NCBI RefSeq assembly: GCF_036321535.1
Contig: NC_087436.1
Coordinates: 1,178,001 to 1,242,000 of the forward strand
From: Camelus dromedarius
Taxonomy: Eukaryota
DNA: 64,000 bases
Direction of reading: 5' to 3'
Shown here: positions 1 through 11,400 of the stretch, piece by piece
Numbering within the stretch: position 1 is the first letter of the stretch
Layout: every line of letters starts with the position of its first letter
Notes under the pieces: model-generated
What the model saw: the letters and a program-made list of their open reading frames with translations, nothing else
The model's database searches: none
Told to the model about the DNA's origin: nothing
Position numbers and translations under genes: made by a program

Positions 1-2988
1 ATGTATGGAATGGAGTTTGCAACTGAAAAGAAACTTTGTGTTCCCAACAAGCTAGGTGAAGGACGGCTTTCACACACACTTATCTCTCAGAACTTAGCAA
101 GTGGAGAGACGTTCTTTCATGTAGCACCAAGGGAACGGTTTGCAGGAGACACTTTTTCTCTGCTTTCTCAGTCTGTTTCCTAGTGCCGGTTTGAAGTTCC
201 TGCAGTTTTCACTGTAAAACCGTGTTGGAGCTTGTACCTCCCCATATATATGTATGGAATGGAGTTTGCAACTGAAAAGAAACTTTGTGTTCCCAACAAG
301 CTAGGTGAAGGACGGCTTTCACACACACTTATCTCTCAGAACTGATCAAGTGGAGAGACGTTCGTTCATCTAGCACCAAGGGAACGGGTTGCAGGAGACA
401 CTTTTTCTCTGCTTTCTCAGTCTGTTTCCTAGTGCCGGTTTGAAGTTCCTGCAGTTTTCACTGTAAAACCGAGTTGGAGCTTCTACCTCCCCATATATAT
501 GTATGGAATGGAGTTTGCAACTGAAAAGAAACTTTGTGTTCCCAACAAGCTAGGTGAAGGACGGCTTTCACACACACTTATCTCTCAGAACAGAGCAAGT
601 GGAGAGACGTTCGTTCATCTAGCACCAAGGGAACGGGTTGCAGGAAACACTTTTTCTCTGCTTTCTCAGTCTGTTTCCTAGTGCCGGTTTGAAGTTCCTG
701 CAGTTTTCACTGTAAAACCGACTTGGAGCTTCTACCTCCCCATATATATGTATGGAATGGAGTTTGCAACTGAAAAGAAACTTTGTGTTCCCAACAAGCT
801 AGGTGAAGGACGGCTTTCACACACACTTATCTCTCAGAACAGAGCAAGTGGAGAGACGTTCGTTCATCTAGCACCAAGGGAACGGGTTGCAGGAGACACT
901 TTTTCTCTGCTTTCTCAGTCTGTTTCCTAGTGCCGGTTTGAAGTTCCTGCAGTTTTCACTGTAAAACTGAGTTGGAGCTTCTACCTCCCCATATATATGT
1001 ATGGAATGGAGTTTGCAACTGAAAAGAAACTTTGTGTTCCCAACAAGCTAGGTGCAGGACGGCTTTCACACACACTTATCTCTCAGAACTGAGCAAGTGG
1101 AGAGACGTTCGTTCATCCAGCACCAAGGGAACGGGTTGCAGGAGACACTTTTTCTCTGCTTTCTCAGTCTGTTTCCTAGTGCCGGTTTGAATTTCCTGCA
1201 GTTATCACTGTAAAACCGAGTTGGAGCTTGTACCTCCCCATATATATGTATGGAATGGAGTTTGCAACTGAAAAGAAACTTTGTGTTCCCAACAAGCTAG
1301 GTGAAGGACGGCTTTCACACACACTTATCTCTCAGAACAGAGCAAGTGGAGAGACGTTCGTTCATCTAGCACCAAGGGAACGGGTTGCAGGAGACACTTT
1401 TTCTCTGCTTTCTCAGTCTGTTTCCTAGTGGCGGTTTGAAGTTCCTGCAATTTTCACTGTCAAACCGAGTTGGAGCTAGTACCTCCCCATATATATGTAT
1501 GGAATGGAGTTTTCAACTGAAAAGAAACTTTGTGTTCCCAACAAGCTAGTTGAAGGACGGCTTTCACACACACATATCTCTGAGAACTGAGCAAGTGGAG
1601 AGACGTTCGTTCATCTAGCACCAAGGGAACGGGTTGCAGGAGACACTTTTTCTCTGCTTTCTCAGTCTGTTTCCTAGTGCCGGTTTGAAGTTCCTGCAGT
1701 TTTCACTGTAAAACCGAGTTGGAGCTTGTACCTCCCCATATATATGTATGGAATGGAGTTTGCAACTGAAAAGAAACTTTGTGTTCCCAACAAGCTTGGT
1801 GAAGGACGGCTTTCACACACACTTATCTCTCAGAACTGAGCAAGTGGAGAGACGTTCGTTCATCCAGCACCAAGGAAACGGGTTGCAGGAGACACGTTTT
1901 CTCTGCTTTCTCAGTTTGTTTCCTAGTGCCGGTTTGAAGTTCCTGCAGTTTTCACTGTAAAACCGAGTTGGAGCTTCTACCTCCCCATATATATGTATGG
2001 AATGGAGTTTGCAACTGAAAAGAAACTTTGTGTTCCCAACAAGCTAGGTGAAGGACGGCTTTCACACACACTTATCTCTCAGAACAGAGCAAGTGGAGAG
2101 ACGTTCGTTCATCTAGCACCAAGGGAACGGGATGCAGGAGACACTTTTTCTCTGCTTTCTCAGTCTGTTTCCTAGTGCCGGTTTGAAGTTCCTGCAGTTT
2201 TCACTGTAAAACCGAGTTGGAGCTTCTACCTCCCCATATATATGTATGGAATGGAGTTTGCAACTGAAAAGAAACTTTGTGTTCCCAACAAGCTAGGTGA
2301 AGGACGGCTTTCACACACACTTATCTCTCAGAACAGAGCAAGTGGAGAGACGTTCGTTCATCTAGCACCAAGGGAACGGGTTGCAGGAGGCACTTTTTCT
2401 CTGCTTTCTCAGTCTGTTTCCTAGTGCCGGTTTGAAGTTCCTGCAGTTATCACTGTAAAACCGAGTTGGAGCTTGTACCTCCCCATATATATGTATGGAA
2501 TGGAGTTTGCAACTGAAAAGAAACTTTGTGTTCCCAACAAGCTAGGTGAAGGACGGCTTTCACACACACTTATCTCTCAGAACTGAGCAAGTGGAGAGAC
2601 GTTCGTTCATCTAGCACCAAGGGAACGGGTTGCAGAAGACACTTTTTCTCTGTTTTCTCAGTCTGTTTCCTAGTGCCGGTTTGAAGTTCCTGCAGTTTTC
2701 ACTGTGAAACCGAGGTGGAGCTAGTACCTCCCCATATATATGTATGGAATGGAGTTTGCAACTGAAAAGAAACTTTGTGTTCCCAACAAGCTAGTTGAAG
2801 GACGGCTTTCACACACACATATCTCTCAGAACTGAGCAAGTGGAGAGACGTTCGTTCATCTAGCACCAAGGGAACGGGTTGCAGGAGACACTTTTTCTCT
2901 GCTTTCTCAGTCTGTTTCCTAGTGCCGGTTTGAAGTTCCTGCAGTTTTCACTGTAAAACCGAGTTGGAGCTTCTACCTCCCCATATAT

Positions 2989-5478
2989 ATGTATGGAATG
3001 GAGTTTGCAACTGAAAAGAATCTTTGTGTTCCCAACAAGCTAGGTGAAGGACGGCTTTCACACACACTTATCTCTCAGAACAGAGCAAGTGGAGAGACGT
3101 TCGTTCATCTAGCACCAAGGGAACGGGTTGCAGGAGACACTTTTTCTCTGCTTTCTCAGTCTGTTTCCTAGTGCCGGTTTGAAGTTCCTGCAGTTTTCAC
3201 TGTAAAACCGAGTTGGAGCTTCTACCTCCCCATATATATGTATGGAATGGAGTTTGCAACTGAAAAGAAACTTTGTGTTCCCAACAAGCTAGGTGAAGGA
3301 CGGCTTTCACACACACTTATCTCTCAGAACTGAGCAAGTGGAGAGACGTTCGTTCATCCAGCACCAAGGGAACGGGTTGCAGGAGACACGTTTTCTCTGC
3401 TTCCTCAGTCTGTTTCCTAGTGCCGGTTTGAAGTTCCTGCAGTTATCACTGTAATACCGAGTTGGAGCTTGTACCTCCCCATATATATGTATGGAATGGA
3501 GTTTGCAACTGAAAAGAAACTTTGTGTTCCCAACAAGCTAGGTGAAGGACGGCTTTCACACACACTTTTCTCTCAGAACAGAGCAAGTGGAGAGACGTTC
3601 GTTCATCTAGCACCAAGGGAACGGGTTGCAGGAGACACTTTTTCTCTGCTTTCTCAGTCTGTTTCCTAGTGCCGGTTTGAAGTTCCTGCAGTTTTCACTG
3701 TGAAACCGAGTTGGAGCTAGTACCTCCCCATATATATGTATGGAATGGAGTTTGCAACTGAAAAGAAACTTTGTGTTCCCAACAAGCTAGGTGAAGGAAG
3801 GTTTTCACACACACTTATCTCTCAGAACTGAGCAAGTGGAGAGACGTTCGTTCATCTAGCACCAAGGGAACGGGTTGCAGAAGACACTTTTTCTCTGTAT
3901 TCTCAGTCTGTTTCCTAGTGCCGGTTTGAAGTTCCTGCAGTTTTCACTGTGAAACCGAGGTGGAGCTAGTACCTCCCCATATATATGTATGGAATGGAGT
4001 TTGCAACTGAAAAGAAACTTTGTGTTCCCAACAAGCTAGGTGAAGGACGGCTTTCACACACACATATCTCTCAGAACTGAGCAAGTGGAGAGACGTTCGT
4101 TCATCTAGCACCAAGGGAACGGGTTGCAGGAGACACTTTTTCTCTGCTTCCTCAGTCTGTTTCCTAGTGCCGGTTTGAAGTTCCTGCAGTTTTCACTGTA
4201 AAACCGAGTTGGAGCTTCTACCTCCCCATATATATGTATGGAATGGAGTTTGCAACTGAAAAGAATCTTTGTGTTCCCAACAAGCTAGGTGAAGGACGGC
4301 TTTCACACACACTTATCTCTCAGAACAGAGCAAGTGGAGAGACGTTCGTTCATCTAGCACCAAGGGAACGGGTTGCAGGAGACACTTTTTCTCTGCTTTC
4401 TCAGTCTGTTTCCTAGTGCCGGTTTGAAGTTCCTGCAGTTTTCACTGTAAAACCGAGTTGGAGCTTCTACCTCCCCATATATATGTATGGAATGGAGTTT
4501 GCAACTGAAAAGAAACTTTGTGTTCCCAACAAGCTAGGTGAAGGACGGCTTTCACACACACTTATCTCTCAGAACTGAGCAAGTGGAGAGACGTTCGTTC
4601 ATCCAGCACCAAGGGAACGGGTTGCAGGAGACACGTTTTCTCTGCTTCCTCAGTCTGTTTCCTAGTGCCGGTTTGAAGTTCCTGCAGTTATCACTGTAAT
4701 ACCGAGTTGGAGCTTGTACCTCCCCATATATATGTATGGAATGGAGTTTGCAACTGAAAAGAAACTTTGTGTTCCCAACAAGCTAGGTGAAGGACGGCTT
4801 TCACACACACTTTTCTCTCAGAACAGAGCAAGTGGAGAGACGTTCGTTCATCTAGCACCAAGGGAACGGGTTGCAGGAGACACTTTTTCTCTGCTTTCTC
4901 AGTCTGTTTCCTAGTGCCGGTTTGAAGTTCCTGCAGTTTTCACTGTGAAACCGAGTTGGAGCTAGTACCTCCCCATATATATGTATGGAATGGAGTTTGC
5001 AACTGAAAAGAAACTTTGTGTTCCCAACAAGCTAGGTGAAGGAAGGTTTTCACACACACTTATCTCTCAGAACTGAGCAAGTGGAGAGACGTTCGTTCAT
5101 CTAGCACCAAGGGAACGGGTTGCAGAAGACACTTTTTCTCTGTATTCTCAGTCTGTTTCCTAGTGCCGGTTTGAAGTTCCTGCAGTTTTCACTGTGAAAC
5201 CGAGGTGGAGCTAGTACCTCCCCATATATATGTATGGAATGGAGTTTGCAACTGAAAAGAAACTTTGTGTTCCCAACAAGCTAGGTGAAGGACGGCTTTC
5301 ACACACACATATCTCTCAGAACTGAGCAAGTGGAGAGACGTTCGTTCATCTAGCACCAAGGGAACGGGTTGCAGGAGACACTTTTTCTCTGCTTCCTCAG
5401 TCTGTTTCCTAGTGCCGGTTTGAAGTTCCTGCAGTTTTCACTGTAAAACCGAGTTGGAGCTTCTACCTCCCCATATAT
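2989..5478 (+). repeat. Tandem duplication of a 5-monomer unit (1245 bp x2)
   Basis: Rare variants AAGAATCTTT, GTAATACC, CACTTTTCTC, GGAAGGTTTT and CTGTATTCTC recur at +1245 (monomers from 2989 and 4234; ORFs 3469/4714). Confidence 0.92.
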
Positions 5479-8400
5479 ATGTATGGACTGGAGTTTGCAA
5501 CTGAAAAGAAACTTTGTGTTCCCAACAAGCTAGGTGAAGGACGGCTTTCACACACACTTATCTCTCAGAACAGAGCAAGTGGAGAGACGTTCGTTCATCT
5601 AGCACCAAGGGAACGGGTTGCAGGAGACACTTTTTCTCTGCTTTCTCAGTCTGTTTCCTAGTGCCGGTTTGAAGTTCCTGCAGTTTTCACTGTAAAACCG
5701 AGTTGGAGCTTCTACCTCCCCATATATATGTATGGAATGGAGTTTGCAACTGAAAAGAAACTTTGTGTTCCCAACAAGCTAGGTGAAGGACGGCTTTCAC
5801 ACACACTTATCTCTCAGAACAGAGCAAGTGGAGAGACGTTCGTTCATCTAGCACCAAGGGAACGGGTTGCAGGAGGCACTTTTTCTCTGCTTTCTCAGTC
5901 TGTTTCCTAGTGCCGGTTTGAAGTTCCTGCAGTTTTCACTGTAAAACCGAGTTGGAGCTTGTACCTCCCCATATATATGTATGGAATGGAGTTTGCAACT
6001 GAAAAGAAACTTTGTGTTCCCAACAAGCTAGGTGAAGGACGGCTTTCACACACACTTATCTCTCAGAACTGAGCAAGTGGAGAGACGTTCGTTCATCCAG
6101 CACTAAGGGAACGGGTTGCAGGAGACACGTTTTCTCTGCTTTCTCAGTCTGTTTCCTAGTGCCGGGTTGAAGTTCCTGCAGTTATCACTGTAAAACCGAG
6201 TTGGAGCTTGTACCTCCCCATATATATGTATGGAATGGTGTTTGCAACTGAAAAGAAACTTTGTGTTCCCAACAAGCTAGGTGAAGGACGGCTTTCACAC
6301 ACACTTATCTCTCAGAACAGAGCAAGTGGAGAGACATTCGTTCATCTAGCACCAAGGGAACGGGTTGCAGGAGACACTTTTTCTCTGCTTTCTCAGTCTG
6401 TTTCCTAGTGCCGGTTTGAAGTTCCTGCAGTTTTCACTGTGAAACCGAGTTGGAGCTAGTACCTCCCCATACATATGTATGGAATGGAGTTTGCAACTGA
6501 AAAGAAACTTTGTGTTCCCAACAAGCTAGTTGAAGGACGGCTTTCACACACACATATCTCTCAGAACTGAGCAATTGGAGAGACGTTCGTTCATCTAGCA
6601 CCAAGGGAACGGGTTGCAGGAGACACTTTTTCTCTGTTTCCTCAGTCTGTTTCCTAGTGCCGGTTTGAAGTTCCTGCAGTTATCACTGTAAAACCGAGTT
6701 GGAGCTTGTACCTCCCCATATATATGTATGGAATGGAGTTTGCAACTGAAAAGAAACTTTGTGTTCCCAACAAGCTAGTTGAAGGACGGCTTTCACACAC
6801 ACTTATCTCTCAGAACTGAGCAAGTGGAGAGACGTTCGTTCATCTAGCACCAAGGGAACGGGTTGCAGGAGACACTTTTTCTCTGTTTTCTCAGTCTGTT
6901 TCCTAGTGCCGGTTTGAAGTTCCTGCAGTTTTCACTGTGAAAACGAGTTGGAGCTAGTACCTCCCCATATATATGTATGGAATGGAGTTTGCAACTGAAA
7001 AGAAACTTTGTGTTCCCAACAAGCTAGTTGAAGGACGGCTTTCAAACACACTTATCTCTCAGAACTGAGCAAGTGGAGAGACGTTCGTTCATCTAGCACC
7101 AAGGGAACGGGTTGCAGGAGACACTTTTTCTCTGTTTTCTCAGTCTGTTTCCTAGTGCCGGTTTGAAGTTCCTGCAGTTTTCACTGTGAAACCGAGTTGG
7201 AGCTAGTACCTCCCCATATATATGTATGGAATGGAGTTTGCAACTGAAAAGAAACTTTGTGTTCCCAACAAGCTATGTGAAGGACGGCTTTCACACACAC
7301 ATATCTCTCAGAACAGAGCAAGTGGAGAGACGTTCGTTCATGTAGCACCAAGGGAACGGGTTGCAGGAGACACTTTTTCTCTGCTTTCTCAGTCTGTTTC
7401 CTAGTGCCGGTTTGAAGTTCCTGCAGTTTTCACTGTGAAACCGAGTTGGAGCTAGTACCTCCCCATATATATGTATGGAATGGAGTTTGCAACTGAAAAG
7501 AAACTTTGTGTTCCCAACAAGCTAGTTGAAGGACGGCTTTCACACACACATATCTCTCAGAACTGAGCAAGTGGAGAGACGTTCGTTCATCTAGCACCAA
7601 GGGAACGGGTTGCAGGAGACACTTTTTCTCTGCTTCCTCAGTCTGTTTCCTAGTGCCGGTTTGAAGTTCGTGCAGTTTTCACTGTAAAACCGAGTTGGAG
7701 CTTGTACCTCCCCATATATATGTATGGAATGGAGTTTGCAACTGAAAAGAAACTTTGTGTTCCCAACAAGCTAGGTGAAGGACGGCTTTCACACACACTG
7801 ATCTCTCAGAACTGAGCAAGTGGAGAGACGTTCGTTCATCCAGCACCAAGGGAACGGGTTGCAGGAGACACGTTTTCTCTGCTTTCTCAGTATGTTTCCT
7901 AGTGCCGGTTTGAAGTTCCTGCAGTTATCACTGTAAAACCGAGTTGGAGCTTGTACCTCCCCATATATATGTATGGAATGGAGTTTGCAACTGAAAAGAA
8001 ACTTTGTGTTCCCAACAAGCTAGGTGAAGGACGGCTTTCACACACACTTATCTCTCAGAACTGAGCAAGTGGAGAGACGTTCGTTCATCTAGCACCAAGG
8101 GTACGGGTTGCAGGAGACACTTTTTCTCTGTTTTCTCAGTCTGTTTCCTAGTGCCGGTTTGAAGTTCCTACAGTTTTCACTGTGAAACCGAGTTGGAGCT
8201 TCTACCTCCCCATATATATGTATGGAATGGAGTTTGCAACTGAAAAGAAACTTTGTGTTCCCAACAAGCTAGGTGAAGGACGGCTTTCACACACACTTAT
8301 CTCCCAGAACTGAGCAAGTGGAGAGAAGTTCGTTCATCTAGCACCAAGGGAACGGGTTGCAGGAGACACTTTATCTCTGCTTTCTCAGTCTGTTTCCTAG

Positions 8401-11400
8401 TGCCGGTTTGAAGTTCCTGCAGTTTTCACTGTCAAACCGAGTTGGAGCTAGTACCTCCCCATTTATATGTATGGAATGGAGTTTGCAACTGAAAAGAAAC
8501 TTTGTGTTCCCAACAAGCTAGGTGAAGGACGGCTTTCACACACACTTATCTCTCAGAACTGAGCAAGTGGAGAGACGTTCGTTCATCTAGCACCAAGGGA
8601 ACGGTTTGCAGGAGACACTTTTTCTCTGCTTCCTCAGTCTGTTTCCTAGTGCCGGTTTGAAGTTCGTGCAGTTTTCACTGTAAAACCGAGTTGGAGCTTG
8701 TACCTCCCCATATATATGTATGGAATGGAGTTTGCAACTGAAAAGAAACTTTGTGTTCCCAACAAGCTAGGTGAAGGACGGCTTTCACACACACTTATCT
8801 CTCAGAACAGAGCAAGTGGAGAGACGTTCGTTCATCTAGCACCAAGGGAACGGGTTGCAAGAGACACTTTTTCTCTGCTTTCTCAGTCTGTTTCCTAGTG
8901 CCGGTTTGAAGTTCCTGCAGTTTTCACTGTGAAACCGAGTTGGAGCTAGTACCTCTCCATATATATGTATGGAATGGAGTTTGCAACTGTAAAGAAACTT
9001 TGTGTTCCCTACAAGCTAATTGAAGGACGGCTTTCACACACACATATGTCTCAGAACTGAGCAAGTGGAGAGACGTTCGTTCATCTAGCACCAAGGGAAC
9101 GGGTTGCAGGAGACACTTTTTCTCTGCTTCCTCAGTCTGTTTCCTAGTGCCGGTTTGAAGTTCGTGCAGTTTTCACTATAAAACCGAGTTGGAGCTTGTA
9201 CCTCCCCATATATATGTATGGAATGGAGTTTGCAACTGAAAAGAAACTTTGTGTTCCCAACAAGCTAGGTGAAGGACGGCTTTCACACACACTTATCTCT
9301 CAGAACAGAGCAAGTGGAGAGACGTTCGTTCATCTAGCACCAAGGGAACGGGTTGCAGGAGACACTTTATCTCTGCTTTCTCAGTCTGTTTCCTAGTGCC
9401 GGTTTGAAGTTCCTGCAGTTTTCACTGTCAAACCGAGTTGGAGCTAGTACCTCCCCATATATATGTATGGAATGGAGTTTGCAACTGAAAAGAAACTTTG
9501 TGTTCCCAACAAGCTAGGTGAAGGACGGCTTTCACACACACTTATCTCCCAGAACTGAGCAAGTGGAAAGACGTTCGTTCATCTAGCACCAAGGGAACGG
9601 GTTGCAGGAGACACTTTTTCTCTGCTTCCTCAGTCTGTTTCCTAGTGCCGGTTTGAAGTTCGTGCAGTTTTCATTGTAAAACCGAGTTGGAGCTTGTACC
9701 TCCCCATATATATGTATGGAATGGAGTTTGCAACTGAAAAGAAACTTTGTGTTTCCCAGAAGCTAGTTGAAGGACGGCTTTCACACACACTTATCTCTCA
9801 GAACAGAGCAAGTGGAGAGACGTTCGTTCATCTAACACAAAGCGAACGGGTTGCAGGAGACACTTTTTCTCTGCTTTCTCAGTCTGTTTCCTAGTGCCGG
9901 TTTGAAGTTCCTGCAGTTTTAACTGTCAAACCGAGTTGGAGCTAGTTCCTCCCAATATATATATATGGAATGGAGTTTGCAACTGAAAAGAAACTTTGTG
10001 TTCCCAACAAGCTAGGTGAAGGACGGCTTTCACTCACACTTATCTCTCAGAACTGTGCAAGTGGAGAGACGTTCGTTCATCTAGCACCAAGGGAACGGGT
10101 TGCAGGAGACACTTTTTCTCTGCTTTCTCAGTCTGTTACCTAGTGCCGTTTTGAAGTTCCTGCAGTTTTCACTTTAAAACCTAGTTGGAGCTAGTACCTC
10201 CCCATATATATGTATGGAATGGAGTTTGCAACTGAAAAGAAACTTTGTGTTCCCAACAAGCTAGGTGAAGGACGGCTTTCACACACACTTATCTCTCAGA
10301 ACTGAGCAAGTGGAGAGACGTTCGTTCATCTAGCACCAAGGGAACGGGTTGCAGGAGACACTTTTTCTCTGCTTTCTCAGTCTTTTTCCTAGTGCCGGTT
10401 TGATGTTCCTGCAGTTTTCACTTTAAAACCGAGTTGGAGCTAGTACCTACACATATATATGTATGGAATGGAGTTTGCAACTGAAAAGAAACTTTGTGTT
10501 CCCAACAAGCTAGGTGAAGGACGGCTTTCACACACACTTATCTCTCAGAACAGAGCAAGTGGAGAGACGTTCGTTCATCTAGCACCAAGGGAACGGGTTG
10601 CAGGAGACACTTTTTCTCTGCTTTCTCAGTCTGTTTCCTAGTGCCGTTTTGAAGTTCCTGCAGTTTTCACTGTGAAACCGAGTTGGAGCTAGTTCCTCCC
10701 CATATATATTTATGGATTGTAGTTTGCAACTGAAAACAAACTTTGTGTTCCCAACAAGCTAGGTGAAGGACGGCTTTCACACACACTTATCTCTCAGAAA
10801 TGAGCAAGTGGAGAGACGTTCGTTCATCTAGCACCAAGGGAACGGGTAGCAGGAGACACTATTTCTCTGCTTTCTCAGTCTGTTTCCTAGTGCCGGTTTG
10901 AAGTTCCTGCAGTTTTCACTGTAAAACCGAGTTGGAGCTAGTACCTCCCCATATATATGTATGGAATGGAGTTTGCAACTGAAAAGAAACTTTGTGTTCC
11001 CAACAAGCTAGTTGAAGGACGGCTTTCACACACACATATCTCTCAGAACTGAGCAAGTGGAGAGACTTTCGTTCATCTAGCACCAAGGGAATGGGTTGCA
11101 GGAGACACTTTTTCTCTGCTTCCTCAGTCTGTTTCCTAGTGCCGGTTTGAAGTTCGTGCAGTTTTCACTGTAAAACCGAGTTGGAGCTTGTACCTCCCCA
11201 TATATATGTATGGAATGGAGTTTGCAACTGAAAAGAATCTTTGTGTTCCCAACAAGCTAGGTGAAGGACGGCTTTCACACACACTGATCTCTCAGAACTG
11301 AGCAAGTGGAGAGACGTTCGTTCATCCAGCACCGAGGGAACGGGTTGCAGGAGACACGTTTTCTCTGCTTTCTCAGTATGTTTCCTAGTGCCGGTTTGAA

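Noticed and set aside
1..249. Tandem 5S rRNA, tRNA, snRNA or SINE array
   Set aside because: No recognisable 5S, tRNA or snRNA sequence or Pol III A/B-box pair was found. GTTCG is not followed by the B-box consensus. An Rfam/Infernal search would confirm.
243..253. CATATATATG as a TATA-box promoter
   Set aside because: It is a short TA microsatellite in every monomer with no downstream gene. It is noted only as a palindrome.
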